A DNA stretch of 63,646 nucleotides, counting the filler, from Octopus bimaculoides (taxonomy: Eukaryota): assembly GCF_001194135.2 (NCBI RefSeq). It is 6 parts of 6 records of this genome, joined end to end, with 100 filler letters (N's around TTAATTAATTAA, not from the genome) between each part and the next. Parts side by side here need not be neighbours in the genome. Positions count along the whole stretch, not along the records: positions 26,746 to 48,121 come from NC_068993.1; positions 48,222 to 56,283 come from NC_068984.1; 4 more parts are not named here. One strand, given 5' to 3'. The notes beneath the pieces were generated by a model. It made no database searches and had not been told where the DNA came from. It saw only the letters and a list, made by a program, of their open reading frames with translations. This document shows positions 38,190 to 51,250 of the stretch, piece after piece (the stretch's first letter is position 1; every line of letters begins with the position of its first letter). A program made the translations under genes and the position numbers.

Positions 38190-39235
38190 ACTAGCAGCTA
38201 AACCCGGTTTCACCCGGTCTGTTTGGATGATGTGGCTGTGATTGTTTTCGGTTAGGCATAATCTATAACAGCGTTTCTCAACCTGATCATTTCGTGTCCC
38301 GTTTCGATTGGAGCCTTCAGCTGTATGAAGATTTCACCCCTCCTGTCAGAAAATGGCTTCAGGACTTGTGAAGAAAGAAAGAAATTGTACGTAGTCTGTT
38401 TGTGAGAGCTATTCTATTGGACGTCTGTCTAATCATTAAAAGATTTATTTAATTATGAACATGAAGAGAAAAGCTAAGTGAAGTATGGAATAAGTAATTG
38501 TTATACACTTATAGAAAAACAATTTATATTATAGAAATTGATACATACGCGTTGAAGATTAAAATGTTTGTAAGAGCTATTGTTTTCGACGCGTGTATAA
38601 TCATAGAGAAACTGAAAGACATGAAATGTCCGTTTGTGTGTGTATGTGTGTGTATTTTTGGCGGGATTTTTGCATTTAGCAGGAGTTGGTTTGTGTTTTA
38701 TCTCTCGATCAATGGCCGGACAAGTGAAAAGGAAAGGCGATCTTTTGAAGTGAGCGTCGAATGAAGAGACATGGACAGTTTTATGACTGAACTTCTTTTG
38801 AAGTTGTGGTGAGAGGAGAGAATTGATGTGCATGTGTATGTCTGTGTGTGTGTGAGTATGTATGTTTGATGGGGTGTGCGCGACAGAGAGAGTAATGTTG
38901 ATGGTGTATGTGTATATGAGAGAGAGAGAGAGAGAAAGAAAGAAAGAGAGAGAGAGATAACTGAAATTTATCATACAGTTTATTTATTATATGTATATAC
39001 GTATGAATGACTTCAGTGACACACACTCACATACACGGACGCACTCACGCAGATGGTTTTAATCGATTTTCTCTGTAAGTATGGGGGCTAAGAAAAAATA
39101 GAAAGCGCGTTCCAATCTATGCACCCGTCTCCACATGTGTGCCATTTTTCACGCGAATCCACCCAGCCGTTTGGTCGTGAACCTCAAGACAAGAAAGAAT
39201 ACAACGGTCGGCCAACTTCAATTTATATTATAGAT
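38190..39235 (+). mobile_element. Helitron/Helentron-associated (DINE-1-like) non-autonomous element
   Basis: 5' ACTAGCAGCTAAACCCGGTTTCACCCGG and a 3' hairpin-like CACGCGAATCCACCCAGCCGTTTGGTCGTG followed by TATATTATAGAT, with internal microsatellites. It truncates the mariner right TIR. Confidence 0.5.
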
Positions 39236-40054
39236 ATTGCAAAATTCATGAATTCAATTTTGTAATTCTCTGAAGAGGCCTAGTGAATCATGCATGTACC
39301 CCCATTACATCATTTTCATCTGCTAATTACTTCAGCGTACTGGAGCTATATAGATAGAATGGGGCATGTCAGCGCTAGGCTGAAACAGCTGTAAGATTTT
39401 GTCCCTTCTCCAATTACTAGATGTCTGTATATTGTCTTTATTGTCATTTTAGTTATAAAATAAACAGATTAATCAACAGAATACAGTGTCTGCAAGTTGA
39501 TGAGTACCTCATATTCCCCTCCATTATTGCTATATATATATATTGTAATATTGTAGGACGGTAATTTTTTTCTTGCCAAATAAAAACACGGACTATATAT
39601 TCGTTCTTCACTCGTATATTGTTATTCTTATTTTATCTTATGTCCATTGTCTGGAAATCTTTCGTGACCTCTACAGAGACCTTTACAGAGACTTCTGTGA
39701 CCTCTAAAGAGACTTCTATTTCACGTGTATCCTCCTGTATCTGTGTGTGTCTTATGCGCGCGCGCGTGTATATGTATGTGCGTCTGTGTACGTGTGTCTA
39801 TATGTTTTTGTGCGTGTTTGTGTGTTATTTCTTTTACTACCCACAAGGAGCTACACACAGAGGGGACAAACAAGGACAGACAAACGGATTAAGTCGATTA
39901 TATCGACCCCAGTGCGTAACTGGTACTTATTTAATCGACCCCGAAAGGATGAAAGGCAAAGTCGACCTCGGCGGAATTTGAACTCAGAACGTAGCAGCAG
40001 ACGAAATACCGCTAAGCATTTCGCCCGGTGTGCTAACGTTTCTGCCAGCACGCC

Positions 40055-40087
<33 letters not shown>

Positions 40088-40532
40088 CGCACGTGCACGC
40101 GTGTACGTGTGTGTATGTGTTTTGTGTGTTTGTGTGTGTGTATGGGTTTGCTCACTATATTGTTTTATCTGTGCCTTTTATATATATTATCTTTTTCCTT
40201 CCATTTATTTACTTATCTTTATTTCTTATATTCATCATAAGTATGTGCAAGTGTGTCTTTTGTGTGTTTATATCTGGGTTTATGTATTATAACAGTATAA
40301 CAATGCCTGTTTCAACACACGATTTCACATCGGGAATTTTGCAAAACAAATTTATAAGCATATATGTATATAATGCAAGAGAGTTAGGGGTTGAGGATTC
40401 AACCCACTAAGGGATAGTATCTATCCAATATACTGCTGGGAGGGTACCCAATTATTATTACACTAGTGTTATACCAAGTGTAATAAGTGGGTGCGGGTAA
40501 AAGGGGGTTATTTCACCCTAAATCTATATAGC

Positions 40533-40720
40533 AATTAGAAAATGGAGGAGAATATGCGGTACCCATCGACTTGCAGACAGTGTATTCTGTTGAATTAATT
40601 AATTTATTTTGTAACTAAAATGACAAAACCCACTTTAATTACAAAATAAATAAATTAATTCAACGGAATACACTGTCTGCAAGTCGATGGGTACCGCATA
40701 TTCTCCTCCATTTTCTAATT
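40533..40720. repeat. Fold-back inverted repeat (arms of about 85 bp, right arm running into the gap)
   Basis: AATTAGAAAATGGAGGAGAATATGCGGTACCCATCGACTTGCAGACAGTGTATTC... is mirrored at 40635-40720. A related single copy lies at 39455-39530. Confidence 0.75.
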
Positions 40721-41015
40721 NNNNNNNNNNNNNNNNNNNNNNNNNNNNNNNNNNNNNNNNNNNNNNNNNNNNNNNNNNNNNNNNNNNNNNNNNNNNNNNN
40801 NNNNNNNNNNNNNNNNNNNNNNNNNNNNNNNNNNNNNNNNNNNNNNNNNNNNNNNNNNNNNNNNNNNNNNNNNNNNNNNNNNNNNNNNNNNNNNNNNNNN
40901 NNNNNNNNNNNNNNNNNNNNNNNNNNNNNNNNNNNNNNNNNNNNNNNNNNGTAACCTCGTGGATATCGGTGGCGATTTTTTCTTCCTCCGTTTTCCCCTT
41001 CTTTTGACTTTCCTT

Positions 41016-41050
41016 GTTTTCGACGAAGAGCTCCGCTCGAAACGTCAAAT
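41016..41050 (+). ncRNA. Degenerate minimal hammerhead motif (PLE pseudo-LTR type)
   Basis: UUU-UCGACGA-A-GAG CUCCG CUC-GAAA-C-GUC-AAA. The core differs at positions 3-4; stems I and II and the palindromic stem III are present. Confidence 0.5.
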
Positions 41051-41447
41051 TCTCTCTCTTTCCTTTCCCGAGCGTCTAGTAACACAATCTGTACCACGTC
41101 CTCACGTTATTGTTTTTTTTTTGTTTTTTTAATTTGATGTTATTCACCTGTTTTTGAAAAATGTTACAGGTTTAAAGTTCAATAATTTCTACCCAATCAG
41201 AAAAGAGGATTTGGAAGGTGGCATTTACGACGACAAAACATTCAACGATGGAAGTTTAATAGGTTTTAATGAATAAAGTCATGTGAAATGTTGGAACAGG
41301 CATGTAATGTGAAAAATTACAAAAAAAAAAAGAAAAGAAAAAGAGAAAAAGAAACTAAACGTTAAATTACAAATATATATATATGTATAAAGAGAGAAAA
41401 GGATAAAGAGACCAATGGCAAAGTTAGAAATATATTTTATGGATAAA

Positions 41448-41496
41448 GTCTTACAGCTGTTTCAGGGAAAATTCAATGTATCCCTTCATCGGAGAC
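41448..41496 (-). ncRNA. Hammerhead motif with U4C core variant, family C (second, decayed copy at 48430-48478 +)
   Basis: GUCU-CCGAUGA-AGGGA(12 nt)UCCCU-GAAA-CAGCU-GUA-AGAC. Perfect 4-bp stem I, 5-bp stem II, palindromic stem III ACAGCUGU. It lies downstream of a degenerate minus-strand PLE GIY-YIG C-terminus (about 41600-41760). Confidence 0.6.
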
Positions 41497-42224
41497 GGTA
41501 ATAGTAGAGGAATGGATTATTACATCTATAAGAGGAGATTTGTAGTAAGAAGTGAGAGCGATGCGCTGAAAAAAGAACAAAGAAGAAACAGTACTTGGAG
41601 TGTAGCTTCATTCCAGCAGTAAACATCCATGTAAATAATCCTTGTGGGTATTTTCGAAGATGATTGTAGTAGCAAAGGTGGATATATATCGTATCGTGTC
41701 CGGGGTAATCTGTGCGTTGTTTACTCAAAGGATAGCCCGAATCGAGTGAGAGATGTGTGTAGGGTTGAGAGGTCAAGACAGGAAGGAAAGGGGAAGGAAG
41801 TAATTCAAGTGAGGAAGGAAGAAGGAATGTGAGGAGGTAATGTGGAGAGGTATTTATATTGTGTATAGTGTCAGGCTATGAACCTATACGTGGTGAGGGT
41901 GTAGGTGGCATTCTAAAAACCTTATTAAGGAAATAAGAGAATTAGTAGTGATATGTTCTAAAAATAGAGCTAGACCTATTTTGAAGATGGTAGAAGGACC
42001 AGATGTTACCTAGGGTTGATTGGGGTTATCAATAGGGAGCCTGCCAGTTGTAAGAAAAAAGTTTTACAATGTTGAAGCGTGTTAAACATTAAACAATATT
42101 TTGTAATGTTCATAAAGTTCAATTAGCGCTTTCATACGTTCGTAGTAATCATCAGATTTCAAAATGTATTTAACTGACAGTCGAGTTCTTGACAACTGTA
42201 GTAAAATGACTGACTTTTTCTTTT

Positions 42225-42599
42225 TTTACATTATTTACATTTGACGGATATTTGTCCTCATCTTGTTTGTTGTTAACACAACGTTTCGCCTGATATACCC
42301 TGTAGCCTTCATCAGGTGTCTTGGGGAAATTTCGAACCTGGGTTCTCATTCCTAAGGTATTTTTCGATGTTATTATCATCATCATCATCATCATCATTAT
42401 TATTATTATTATTGTTGTTGTTATTATTATTCCAGTGACCCGAATAATAATAACAACAACAACAACAATAATAATAATGATAATAATAATAACATCGAAA
42501 AATACCTTAGGAATGAGAACCCAGGTTCGAAATTTCCCCAAGACACCTGATGAAGGCTACAGGGTATATCAGGCGAAACGTTGTGTTAACAACAAACAA
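42225..42599. mobile_element. Penelope pseudo-LTR as a perfect inverted duplication, each arm carrying a hammerhead (42275-42320 -, 42542-42587 +)
   Basis: 42263-42376 and 42486-42599 are exact reverse complements around an ATT/AAT/CAT microsatellite centre. The motif is GACAC-CUGAUGA-A-GGCUA..CAGGC-GAAA-C-GUU-GUGUU, with a weakened stem II. Confidence 0.8.
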
Positions 42600-43257
42600 N
42601 NNNNNNNNNNNNNNNNNNNNNNNNNNNNNNNNNNNNNNNNNNNNNNNNNNNNNNNNNNNNNNNNNNNNNNNNNNNNNNNNNNNNNNNNNNNNNNNNNNNN
42701 NNNNNNNNNNNNNNNNNNNNNNNNNNNNNNNNNNNNNNNNNNNNNNNNNNNNNNNNNNNNNNNNNNNNNNNNNNNNNNNNNNNNNNNNNNNNNNNNNNNN
42801 NNNNNNNNNNNNNNNNNNNNNNNNNNNNNNNNNNNNNNNNNNNNNNNNNNNNNNNNNNNNNNNNNNNNNNNNNNNNNNNNNNNNNNNNNNNNNNNNNNNN
42901 NNNNNNNNNNNNNNNNNNNNNNNNNNNNNNNNNNNNNNNNNNNNNNNNNNNNNNNNNNNNNNNNNNNNNNNNNNNNNNNNNNNNNNNNNNNNNNNNNNNN
43001 NNNNNNNNNNNNNNNNNNNNNNNNNNNNNNNNNNNNNNNNNNNNNNNNNNNNNNNNNNNNNNNNNNNNNNNNNNNNNNNNNNNNNNNNNNNNNNNNNNNN
43101 NNNNNNNNNNNNAAACAAAATAGAAACTACATGTGGAAATGTAAGGGGAAAGTAAGCAGAAAAATAAGCGAAAATGCACATTGAAAATAAAAAAAAAAGT
43201 TAAGGCTTTTTCTGAAAAGTAACGATTGATATATACAATTAGATGAACTGAAGTAGG

Positions 43258-45130
43258 AATAAAACGACTTAAATCCAACCTTAATGTAAATGAATGGAAA
43301 GACCTAATTGAGCTAAAAAATGATTTAAACCTCACCATTAAAGAAGCCGACAAAGGAAGTGCGGTGGTGGTGATGGACACAGAGTACTACAAAAAGTTAA
43401 TACTATCCATGTTGGAAAATAATATTTACTATGAGATGATAGTACAATACAACCCACAGAAGACTCTTAAAAATTTATCCTCCTTACTTCAAGTACATAG
43501 AAAGGGTCTAACTAAACATGAAATTGACTATTTATCCAATTTTAAATACAGACCTAGTCTATTCTACGGATTACCTAAGATACACAAGAATCCACATATT
43601 TGTAAAACTTGCAAAGTTTCTCCAAGCCTCTGCATTAATATTCCTCCCCCTACTGACCTCAAACTGAGACCCACCATTGCTGGCCCTGCTTGTGAAACCC
43701 ACCGTTTGAACAACTTCCTCGACATCTTACTCAAAGCATTTCTAAAATATGTGAAAAGCTTCATCAGGGATGACTTAGATATGCTAAACCACCTCCCGAA
43801 GAGAATAAGTGAAGGAACCCTGTTAGTATCATTCGATGTGGTGAATTTGTACACCAATATCCCACACGACTATGGTATAGAAGCGATCACCTTCTGACTA
43901 GAAAAATACCCACAAGAGATCCCAGGGCGCACCAACCACAGATTCATAATCGCAGCACTCAAATTCATCCTACTGAACAACTATTTCATGTTCGATACAG
44001 CTTACTATCGACAAAAATGTGGAATTGCAATGGGAACCCGAGCTGCGCCAGTGATTGCGAACCTTGTAATGGGTTACCTAGAGCTTAATATATATCATTC
44101 ATCATTTCAAAAATATGGCAACTCTTTTCATTGCTATCTAAAGGAGAACTGGAAGAAGTATTTGGACGATTGCTTTATACTTTAGAAAGACAGCTTGGAC
44201 AAACTCCTCGATTTCAAAATAATGCTTAACAATATTAATAGCAACATACAATTCACTATGGAACACAGCGGTAAATAACTCCCTTTTCTTGACATCCTAA
44301 TTAAAATAGTTAATAACCACATAGAAACAGACATCTTCTATAAACCCACAGATTCTAAACAATACCTATTATTCAACTCATGCCACCCCAAACACATAAA
44401 AATTAATATAACTTATAATCTAGCGAAAAGAATCTGTACCATAGTTTCAGACTCCTACACTCTTGAACGAAGACTCCTTGAACTCAGATCAATATTACTC
44501 AAAAGACATTACCCAATATCTTTAATAAATGATGGAATCAAATGAGCTAAGGAAATAGACATACAAACATTAAGGGAAGTTAACCGAAATACTAAACCAG
44601 ACTTAAAAATACTCCCATACATGTCCACACATAACCCTAGAAACAACGAAGCCTTTAACGTCATCATCCAAAATCTTCCCATCCTCACAAGAGATAAAAC
44701 AATGAACAAAATTTTAGACTCACACAAAATTATCAAAAGTAAAATACAATCTAAATCACCTAAAAAAATATTAACCAGCGCAAGACTGTATCCATAAACA
44801 ACAGAAGCAAAAGTAAAAAAATGTGGTCGACCTAACTGTGGTACTTGCCACCATCTTTTGGAGGGTTCGGAGTTCCACTTTAAACAAGGTGAAATATTTA
44901 AGATTAAATCAAATTTCACCTGTGCCTCGGAAAATCTAATCTATGCCGTTACATGCTTAGGGTGTAGTAATAACTATATTGGCCAAACAGGTATATCGCT
45001 CCGTAGAAGAACTACTCTCCACAAAGAACACATCTATCACCCACATTACAGACAGATACAGGTCAGTGGACACTTAGAAAGGTGTGCGAGGAATCTTAAT
45101 CCTAATTTCCTAATTTTTCCCAACACAACA
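43258..45130 (+). pseudogene. Penelope-like retroelement (Neptune-type) RT + GIY-YIG, 5'-truncated, with in-frame stops
   Basis: IKEADKGSAVVVMD, FYGLPKIHK, LRPTIAG, DVVNLYTNIP, GIAMGTRAAP, KYLDDCF, LPFLDILI, FYKPTD, the Cys linker CGRPNCGTC and LIYAVTCLGCSNNYIGQT. All in one frame, broken by about 5 nonsense codons. Confidence 0.92.
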
Positions 45131-46590
45131 AAGAATGATAGAACACTACTAATCTTCCATTTAATAATCTTCCATACATCCCATATACCATTCACATTAC
45201 AAATCCAGATCTACCCTAAATTGCACCAAATCCAGAACTACTTAACCTCCCTTACACATAATCTTTTTACTAAGGGACTAATAGACTTGACACCGTTCAG
45301 AATTCGGTGTACACTCAAAGCAATGACCAGTAATATCACAAAACCGGTATGCTTTTAAATCTCTTTAACAACTCACAATAATGACTTTTATTACCTTTAT
45401 TCCTACCTCAGTTCATCTAATTGTATATATGTATCGTTACTTTTCATAAAAAGCCTTAACTTTTTTTTGATTTCCAATGTGCATCTTCGCTTATATATNN
45501 NNNNNNNNNNNNNNNNNNNNNNNNNNNNNNNNNNNNNNNNNNNNNNNNNNNNNNNNNNNNNNNNNNNNNNNNNNNNNNNNNNNNNNNNNNNNNNNNNNNN
45601 NNNNNNNNNNNNNNNNNNNNNNNNNNNNNNNNNNNNNNNNNNNNNNNNNNNNNNNNNNNNNNNNNNNNNNNNNNNNNNNNNNNNNNNNNNNNNNNNNNNN
45701 NNNNNNNNNNNNNNNNNNNNNNNNNNNNNNNNNNNNNNNNNNNNNNNNNNNNNNNNNNNNNNNNNNNNNNNNNNNNNNNNNNNNNNNNNNNNNNNNNNNN
45801 NNNNNNNNNNNNNNNNNNNNNNNNNNNNNNNNNNNNNNNNNNNNNNNNNNNNNNNNNNNNNNNNNNNNNNNNNNNNNNNNNNNNNNNNNNNNNNNNNNNN
45901 NNNNNNNNNNNNNNNNNNNNNNNNNNNNNNNNNNNNNNNNNNNNNNNNNNNNNNNNNNNNNNNNNNNNNNNNNNNNNNNNNNNNNNNNNNNNNNNNNNNN
46001 NNNNNNNNNNNNNNNNNNNNNNNNNNNNNNNNNNNNNNNNNNNNNNNNNNNNNNNNNNNNNNNNNNNNNNNNNNNNNNNNNNNNNNNNNNNNNNNNNNNN
46101 NNNNNNNNNNNNNNNNNNNNNNNNNNNNNNNNNNNNNNNNNNNNNNNNNNNNNNNNNNNNNNNNNNNNNNNNNNNNNNNNNNNNNNNNNNNNNNNNNNNN
46201 NNNNNNNNNNNNNNNNNNNNNNNNNNNNNNNNNNNNNNNNNNNNNNNTATATATATATATATATATATATATGCGGTGCATCAGCATGGCCGCAGCTCTG
46301 AGCTGAAACTATAAAAAAAATGCATTTAAAACCTTGTAGATATTAGCTTTTATAAATTTCAAATGCGAAACAGTTTTGAAAGTTTTTCTGAATTATGTAG
46401 GAAGGTGAAAGAAATATGAAATTATGACGGTAACTAAGCCAGTTGTTCACAATGGCTATAACGAAGTTCACATACAAAACTTCTGAATTAATCCTTAACA
46501 CAATACACATAAAGGATGGTGAAAGTATGTAATGAGCTAATGAGGAATATGGGAAGGATGATGGTGCATCTATGAGAGAAGGTGAAAACG

Positions 46591-46631
<41 letters not shown>

Positions 46632-47108
46632 GCAGCTGCTGCTGCTGCTGTTAATGATGATGATGATGATGATGACAACGACAATGATACCAAAGAAAAG
46701 ATGGATAAGAAGACTAGGAAGAACAAGAAAGAGAACAAAGAAAAGAAGACAAGAAGGCATTAAGAACAACAATAGACACCAATGTTATGTACGGTCGAGG
46801 TATATTTGCATGCGCGCGCATGTTTGGATGATTGCATGTCTAGATTCACACACGCACACTCGACGAGTATTCAGCTAATACGTCACGAAAACAGCAAATG
46901 TTAACATTGTACAATAATGAAGTTCATTTGGGTACATAGTGATTGGTCTGTATGTGTGAAAGAATGTGGGGATTGTATACGTGTGTGTGTCTGCAAAGAT
47001 GTGTGCGTAATGAGATTCATAGTTTCACCAACCCCCCTATCTAATTTCGTCATCAATCTCCCATCTATTACATTAGTATTTATGCTCATGATCACCCGCT
47101 ATTAAACT

Positions 47109-47179
<71 letters not shown>

Positions 47180-49929
47180 TCATATACTCTTTGTGTGCGA
47201 TTTGGGTTCGAGACATGTAGAAACTAATTTCTTGATAATTGTGTTGCAAATAAACTTAATATGCGTGGAATTTGAAAACTCCAATATTTCGTACCTGCAT
47301 GAACAAGTACCTTTGCAGACTTTATATTACTGCTCAATATGTTCTACAATGTTTTGAAATGACTGGAAAATTCGAGGACTTCAGTTAGTGTGTCTGGACT
47401 AATTCACTGAATAGAACCCACTCCTCTGCAATTATTCACGGCAAGCTTATGAAACTTCTGTTGACATACCAACACCGATGCTTATACCACTCGGTGATAT
47501 TTATTTATATATAGATTAATGAACTGGTCATATCAACGATCAAAGTTTTCTTTTCACTTTGGCCAGTAATGATAGCAATAGTCAAACTACCAACATCTCA
47601 GCTACAAGTTTTGTACACTTTCGAATAACCTGTTCTTCATACAGATGAGTGAATGACACTAAAGTAATACTATTAATTATTTTAGCAACAAAAAATCAGG
47701 ATTATTGTTGCTTTACATATTGGATGAATAACTGTAGATATGGCTTAGTGGTTAAGAGGTTTGCTTTGCAGTTATTAGTTTCCCAGTTTGATTCCAGAGC
47801 AAGCGTTGCTTCATTAGCTTCGGCTTGATTAATACACTATTAGTAGAAGTTGTTTGATAGAAACACACACACACATATACATATAAATGTATATATCAAG
47901 AAAGCAATGAACACAAATCGGAAGAAGACAACACAGGAAGGACAAGGTTTAATAAATAATGTTTAATCTTAACGTTTAAAGAAGGAAAAGAGTCTTGAAG
48001 TTTTGGATGCTTTTCCTTCATCAAAAGAAAATACAAAAGAAAATGGACTGGAGAAGGGTGGAAAAGAAAAATATATTGGAGAAAAAATCGTGCGAAGGTG
48101 GATAAGGACCAAGTATATATANNNNNNNNNNNNNNNNNNNNNNNNNNNNNNNNNNNNNNNNNNNNTTAATTAATTAANNNNNNNNNNNNNNNNNNNNNNN
48201 NNNNNNNNNNNNNNNNNNNNNCAACCGAAACGTTGTGTTAACAACAAACAAGATGAGGACAAATATCCGTCAATTGTAAATAATGTAAATAATGTATACC
48301 ATTCTGCCTAAATAATGGAACTGCAGATACAATAACCCTGCATATCTCACATCTATTTCTATTCCTCCACTTCACTCTCTATTTCATATCTTATCTAGAA
48401 TAACTATTGCTTAACCATTTTCTCACACCGACTCCGATAAAGGGGTATATAAAATATCCTGGAAACAGCTGTATAGTTAAAGTTATGTCAAGTAAAGTTT
48501 TTCAAAGCCACACTTTACAAAACTTTACACCAAAATACTTTTCGAAGTTTGCAAGGAAGGCATCGGGTGACCTTTATGGCTGGTGTTCCTCTTATACAAT
48601 TAAAATTTTATAGCCGATTACTTCAAAACGAACATGCTACAGAGAAAATAAATAATTGAAAACAAATAACAAGCCTTAGTTCCTTAGGATCTCGTAGAAA
48701 TCATTATCAAAGGACTTCAGCAACGAACATTTATGATCATCCGTGTCAACTTCTTTTAATTTCGCATTCAGTATTTTGTAGAGAAAACATGATGCGCATT
48801 TTATTGCATTTAGGATAAACGTAACTTTAATCAAATGCATTTAACTGAAGTTTATTTTCTGAAATTTTTGCTAAGTAAGGCTTAACATCGGTTTCAAAGT
48901 GTTTGTTTTCAATGTAGTATGTATATAGTTGAAGTAACCCACAATACAAGTTTTCTTGTATGGCTGCAATCAAAAGCAAATTTGCTTTTAGCTTGCAGTC
49001 ATAGCGAAGATGAGACTGCATATTCCAAATCAGATTCTTGATTTTTTTTTCTGTACACCATACACAACGGCGAATAAAGCGCCCCGTTTTTTTTTTTTTT
49101 TCTTAAATGTAACATAAAATTGACGAGCGTCTAAAGCAACCGTATTACAGATGGGATACCGAGCGTATGAGTGCACGATGAAACATATTAAATCTGATTA
49201 TGAGCGACAGAAGCAATTTTAATACAAAAAAAAAATATTTATCTCCACCTAAATGCGGATGTCGTGTTAGAACACAGAATACTGCGATAGTTATCACGAG
49301 AGAACCTCTCATATGGGCTTTTGGTGCATATAAGTACTCTTGTTTCATCGCTAGTGGGAGGTAAATTAACCGCCATTGCCACCTCCGAGACTACTATATC
49401 ACGTAATTTCGGCCTTCCTTCGCTTTGTCAATGACAGACGCTCAGCCGCTGGAAATAGCAGCGATTCCTCCGCTATATACATAGAATACATAGAATATAT
49501 AGAATATACATAGAATCTCAGTGCCTAATCAGGTACTTGTGCTGCGAATGGCATGTGGTTAATTAAACAGTTATTGTTTAAAGCACAACACTGTATAAAT
49601 CAGAAGATCTTAAATAAATATAAAATATTATAAAGCTTTACTGTGGGTGAAATAAGAATGTCAATACATTCGTTCTATACTATTGCTGTGTTGAAAAAAG
49701 AGAGGGTGGACTCTCCTGGTGGATCGTTTCGTGGTTTGTTGGCAGCTCCTCAGAAAAGACGTGCCCGGCATATCAAAAATGACTGCTTCGTAATATTTGA
49801 ATTTATTTCAGGTCTTCCGACTTATGCTGTGTTCTTTAAATTATCGCTCTCTCACCCTCTTTCTATTCCTCTCTCTCCCTTTTTCTATTCTTCTCTCTCT
49901 CCTTCTTTCTCTCACTATTTCTCTCTCAC

Positions 49930-49974
<45 letters not shown>

Positions 49975-50939
49975 GGCGATGAATTGGCAGCATCGTTAGG
50001 ATTTTGGACTAAAAAGCCTTGCAGTGTTTAGTTATGCCTCTTAAGTCAAATCCTGCTGACTTAAACTTTGTCTTCCGTCCCTCCGGGGTCAATAAAAATG
50101 AATACCACAAAAGTACTGGGGGGAGGGTCAATAAAATTGACAATATCCCTCCTCCAAATGTATGTTTGTTTGAAAATTCAATAGTTTTTACTATTTCAGT
50201 AATTAGTTAAAAATAAGCAAAAACATAAAATGACTAGTTAATGTGTTTAAGAAGCTAACACCATCACCAATACCACCAGCACGTCAACGACATGGTTTCA
50301 CCACTACCACTACCAAAACTATTATACTTACAATTGCAAACACATCGTTACCACCACAACCACCAATACTACTAGTGCTGTTACAACTGCTACCACCACC
50401 ATTTCATCCATGTTAACTATCACAACCACAACAACAACTACAACTGTCACCACAAACACCAGTATCAGACTAACTACTACTATTATTACATGAGCCAATA
50501 TCACGACTATACATTTACACTAGCACGATCGAGGGAAAATCACTACATGGACGCTCGATTTACTAGTTAAGGCAACCAAATCTCCCGTTTTAGAAAAGAC
50601 CACAAAGGACACATTGCTTCTATGGAAAGGGACAGGAGGGCTATCTTTGACTCACAAAGTTATCTCAACCGCTGTGGTTTCAATCCACAACCAGTTTCAA
50701 CTGGTTAAACTGGAGGCCAGAATATTACACTGCTATTTGCTTCATGTGTGCTAATCAAAATTTAATGGGGAAATTGTGCAGTAAAACAAAGGAAGATCCT
50801 GTGTTACTTCACCAAAGGATTCAAAAATATCTTGGGACTCGTGATTAATTAGAATGTCATACATAGGTTCTCTCATTTGTAAATCACTGTTCCCAAATGT
50901 AGAGACTTTATCAAAACGACTCAAAATTCAAGTTTTTCA

Positions 50940-51250
50940 GTCGACAAGATATTACTTCCCAGGGTCACTGTCCAGATTACTTCAGCTAATTATTGTAAAG
51001 ACGATTTTCTCCCTGTAAAAATGGTTAGAAGCAAATTCTAAGCAGCTATCTGATTACCAAAACGAATTGTTACAAATTATGGATAGGCAAATTCTGTAAA
51101 ATATCGTGAATATCAGTAAAAACTCCATTCTTTCATTAATAGCTGATGACTTTAGAGATGTGTCAAATATAGAGCAAGGCCCTCTGTATCCATTCAACTG
51201 ACACAACTTCGTATAGAAATTCAAAAAGATTTTCTTGAATATTAATGAAG
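50940..51250 (+). pseudogene. hAT (Tip100/ZMYM-type, DUF4371-like) transposase remnant
   Basis: Degraded translations SRQDITSQGH, WLEANSKQLSDYQNELLQIM and PFFSLIADDFRDVSNIEQ resemble the LARQG.ALRGH / SP.IQNELL / FFSIIADET.D.S..EQ motifs. Confidence 0.55.

Noticed and set aside
43735-43770. CUGAUGA...GAAA on the minus strand inside the Penelope RT
   Set aside because: No stem I, II or III pairing and no NUH site; chance match.
47985-48025. UUGAUGA-AGGA..UCC-AAAA-C-UUC hammerhead-like string (minus); similar strings at 27424-27506, 34660-34695 and 52640-52925
   Set aside because: Several core positions are mutated. Probably decayed pseudo-LTR motifs but not individually supportable.
50240-50490. 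Thr-rich mucin-like stretch
   Set aside because: A degenerate ACC/ACT/ACA trinucleotide region with shifting frames and no splice signals.
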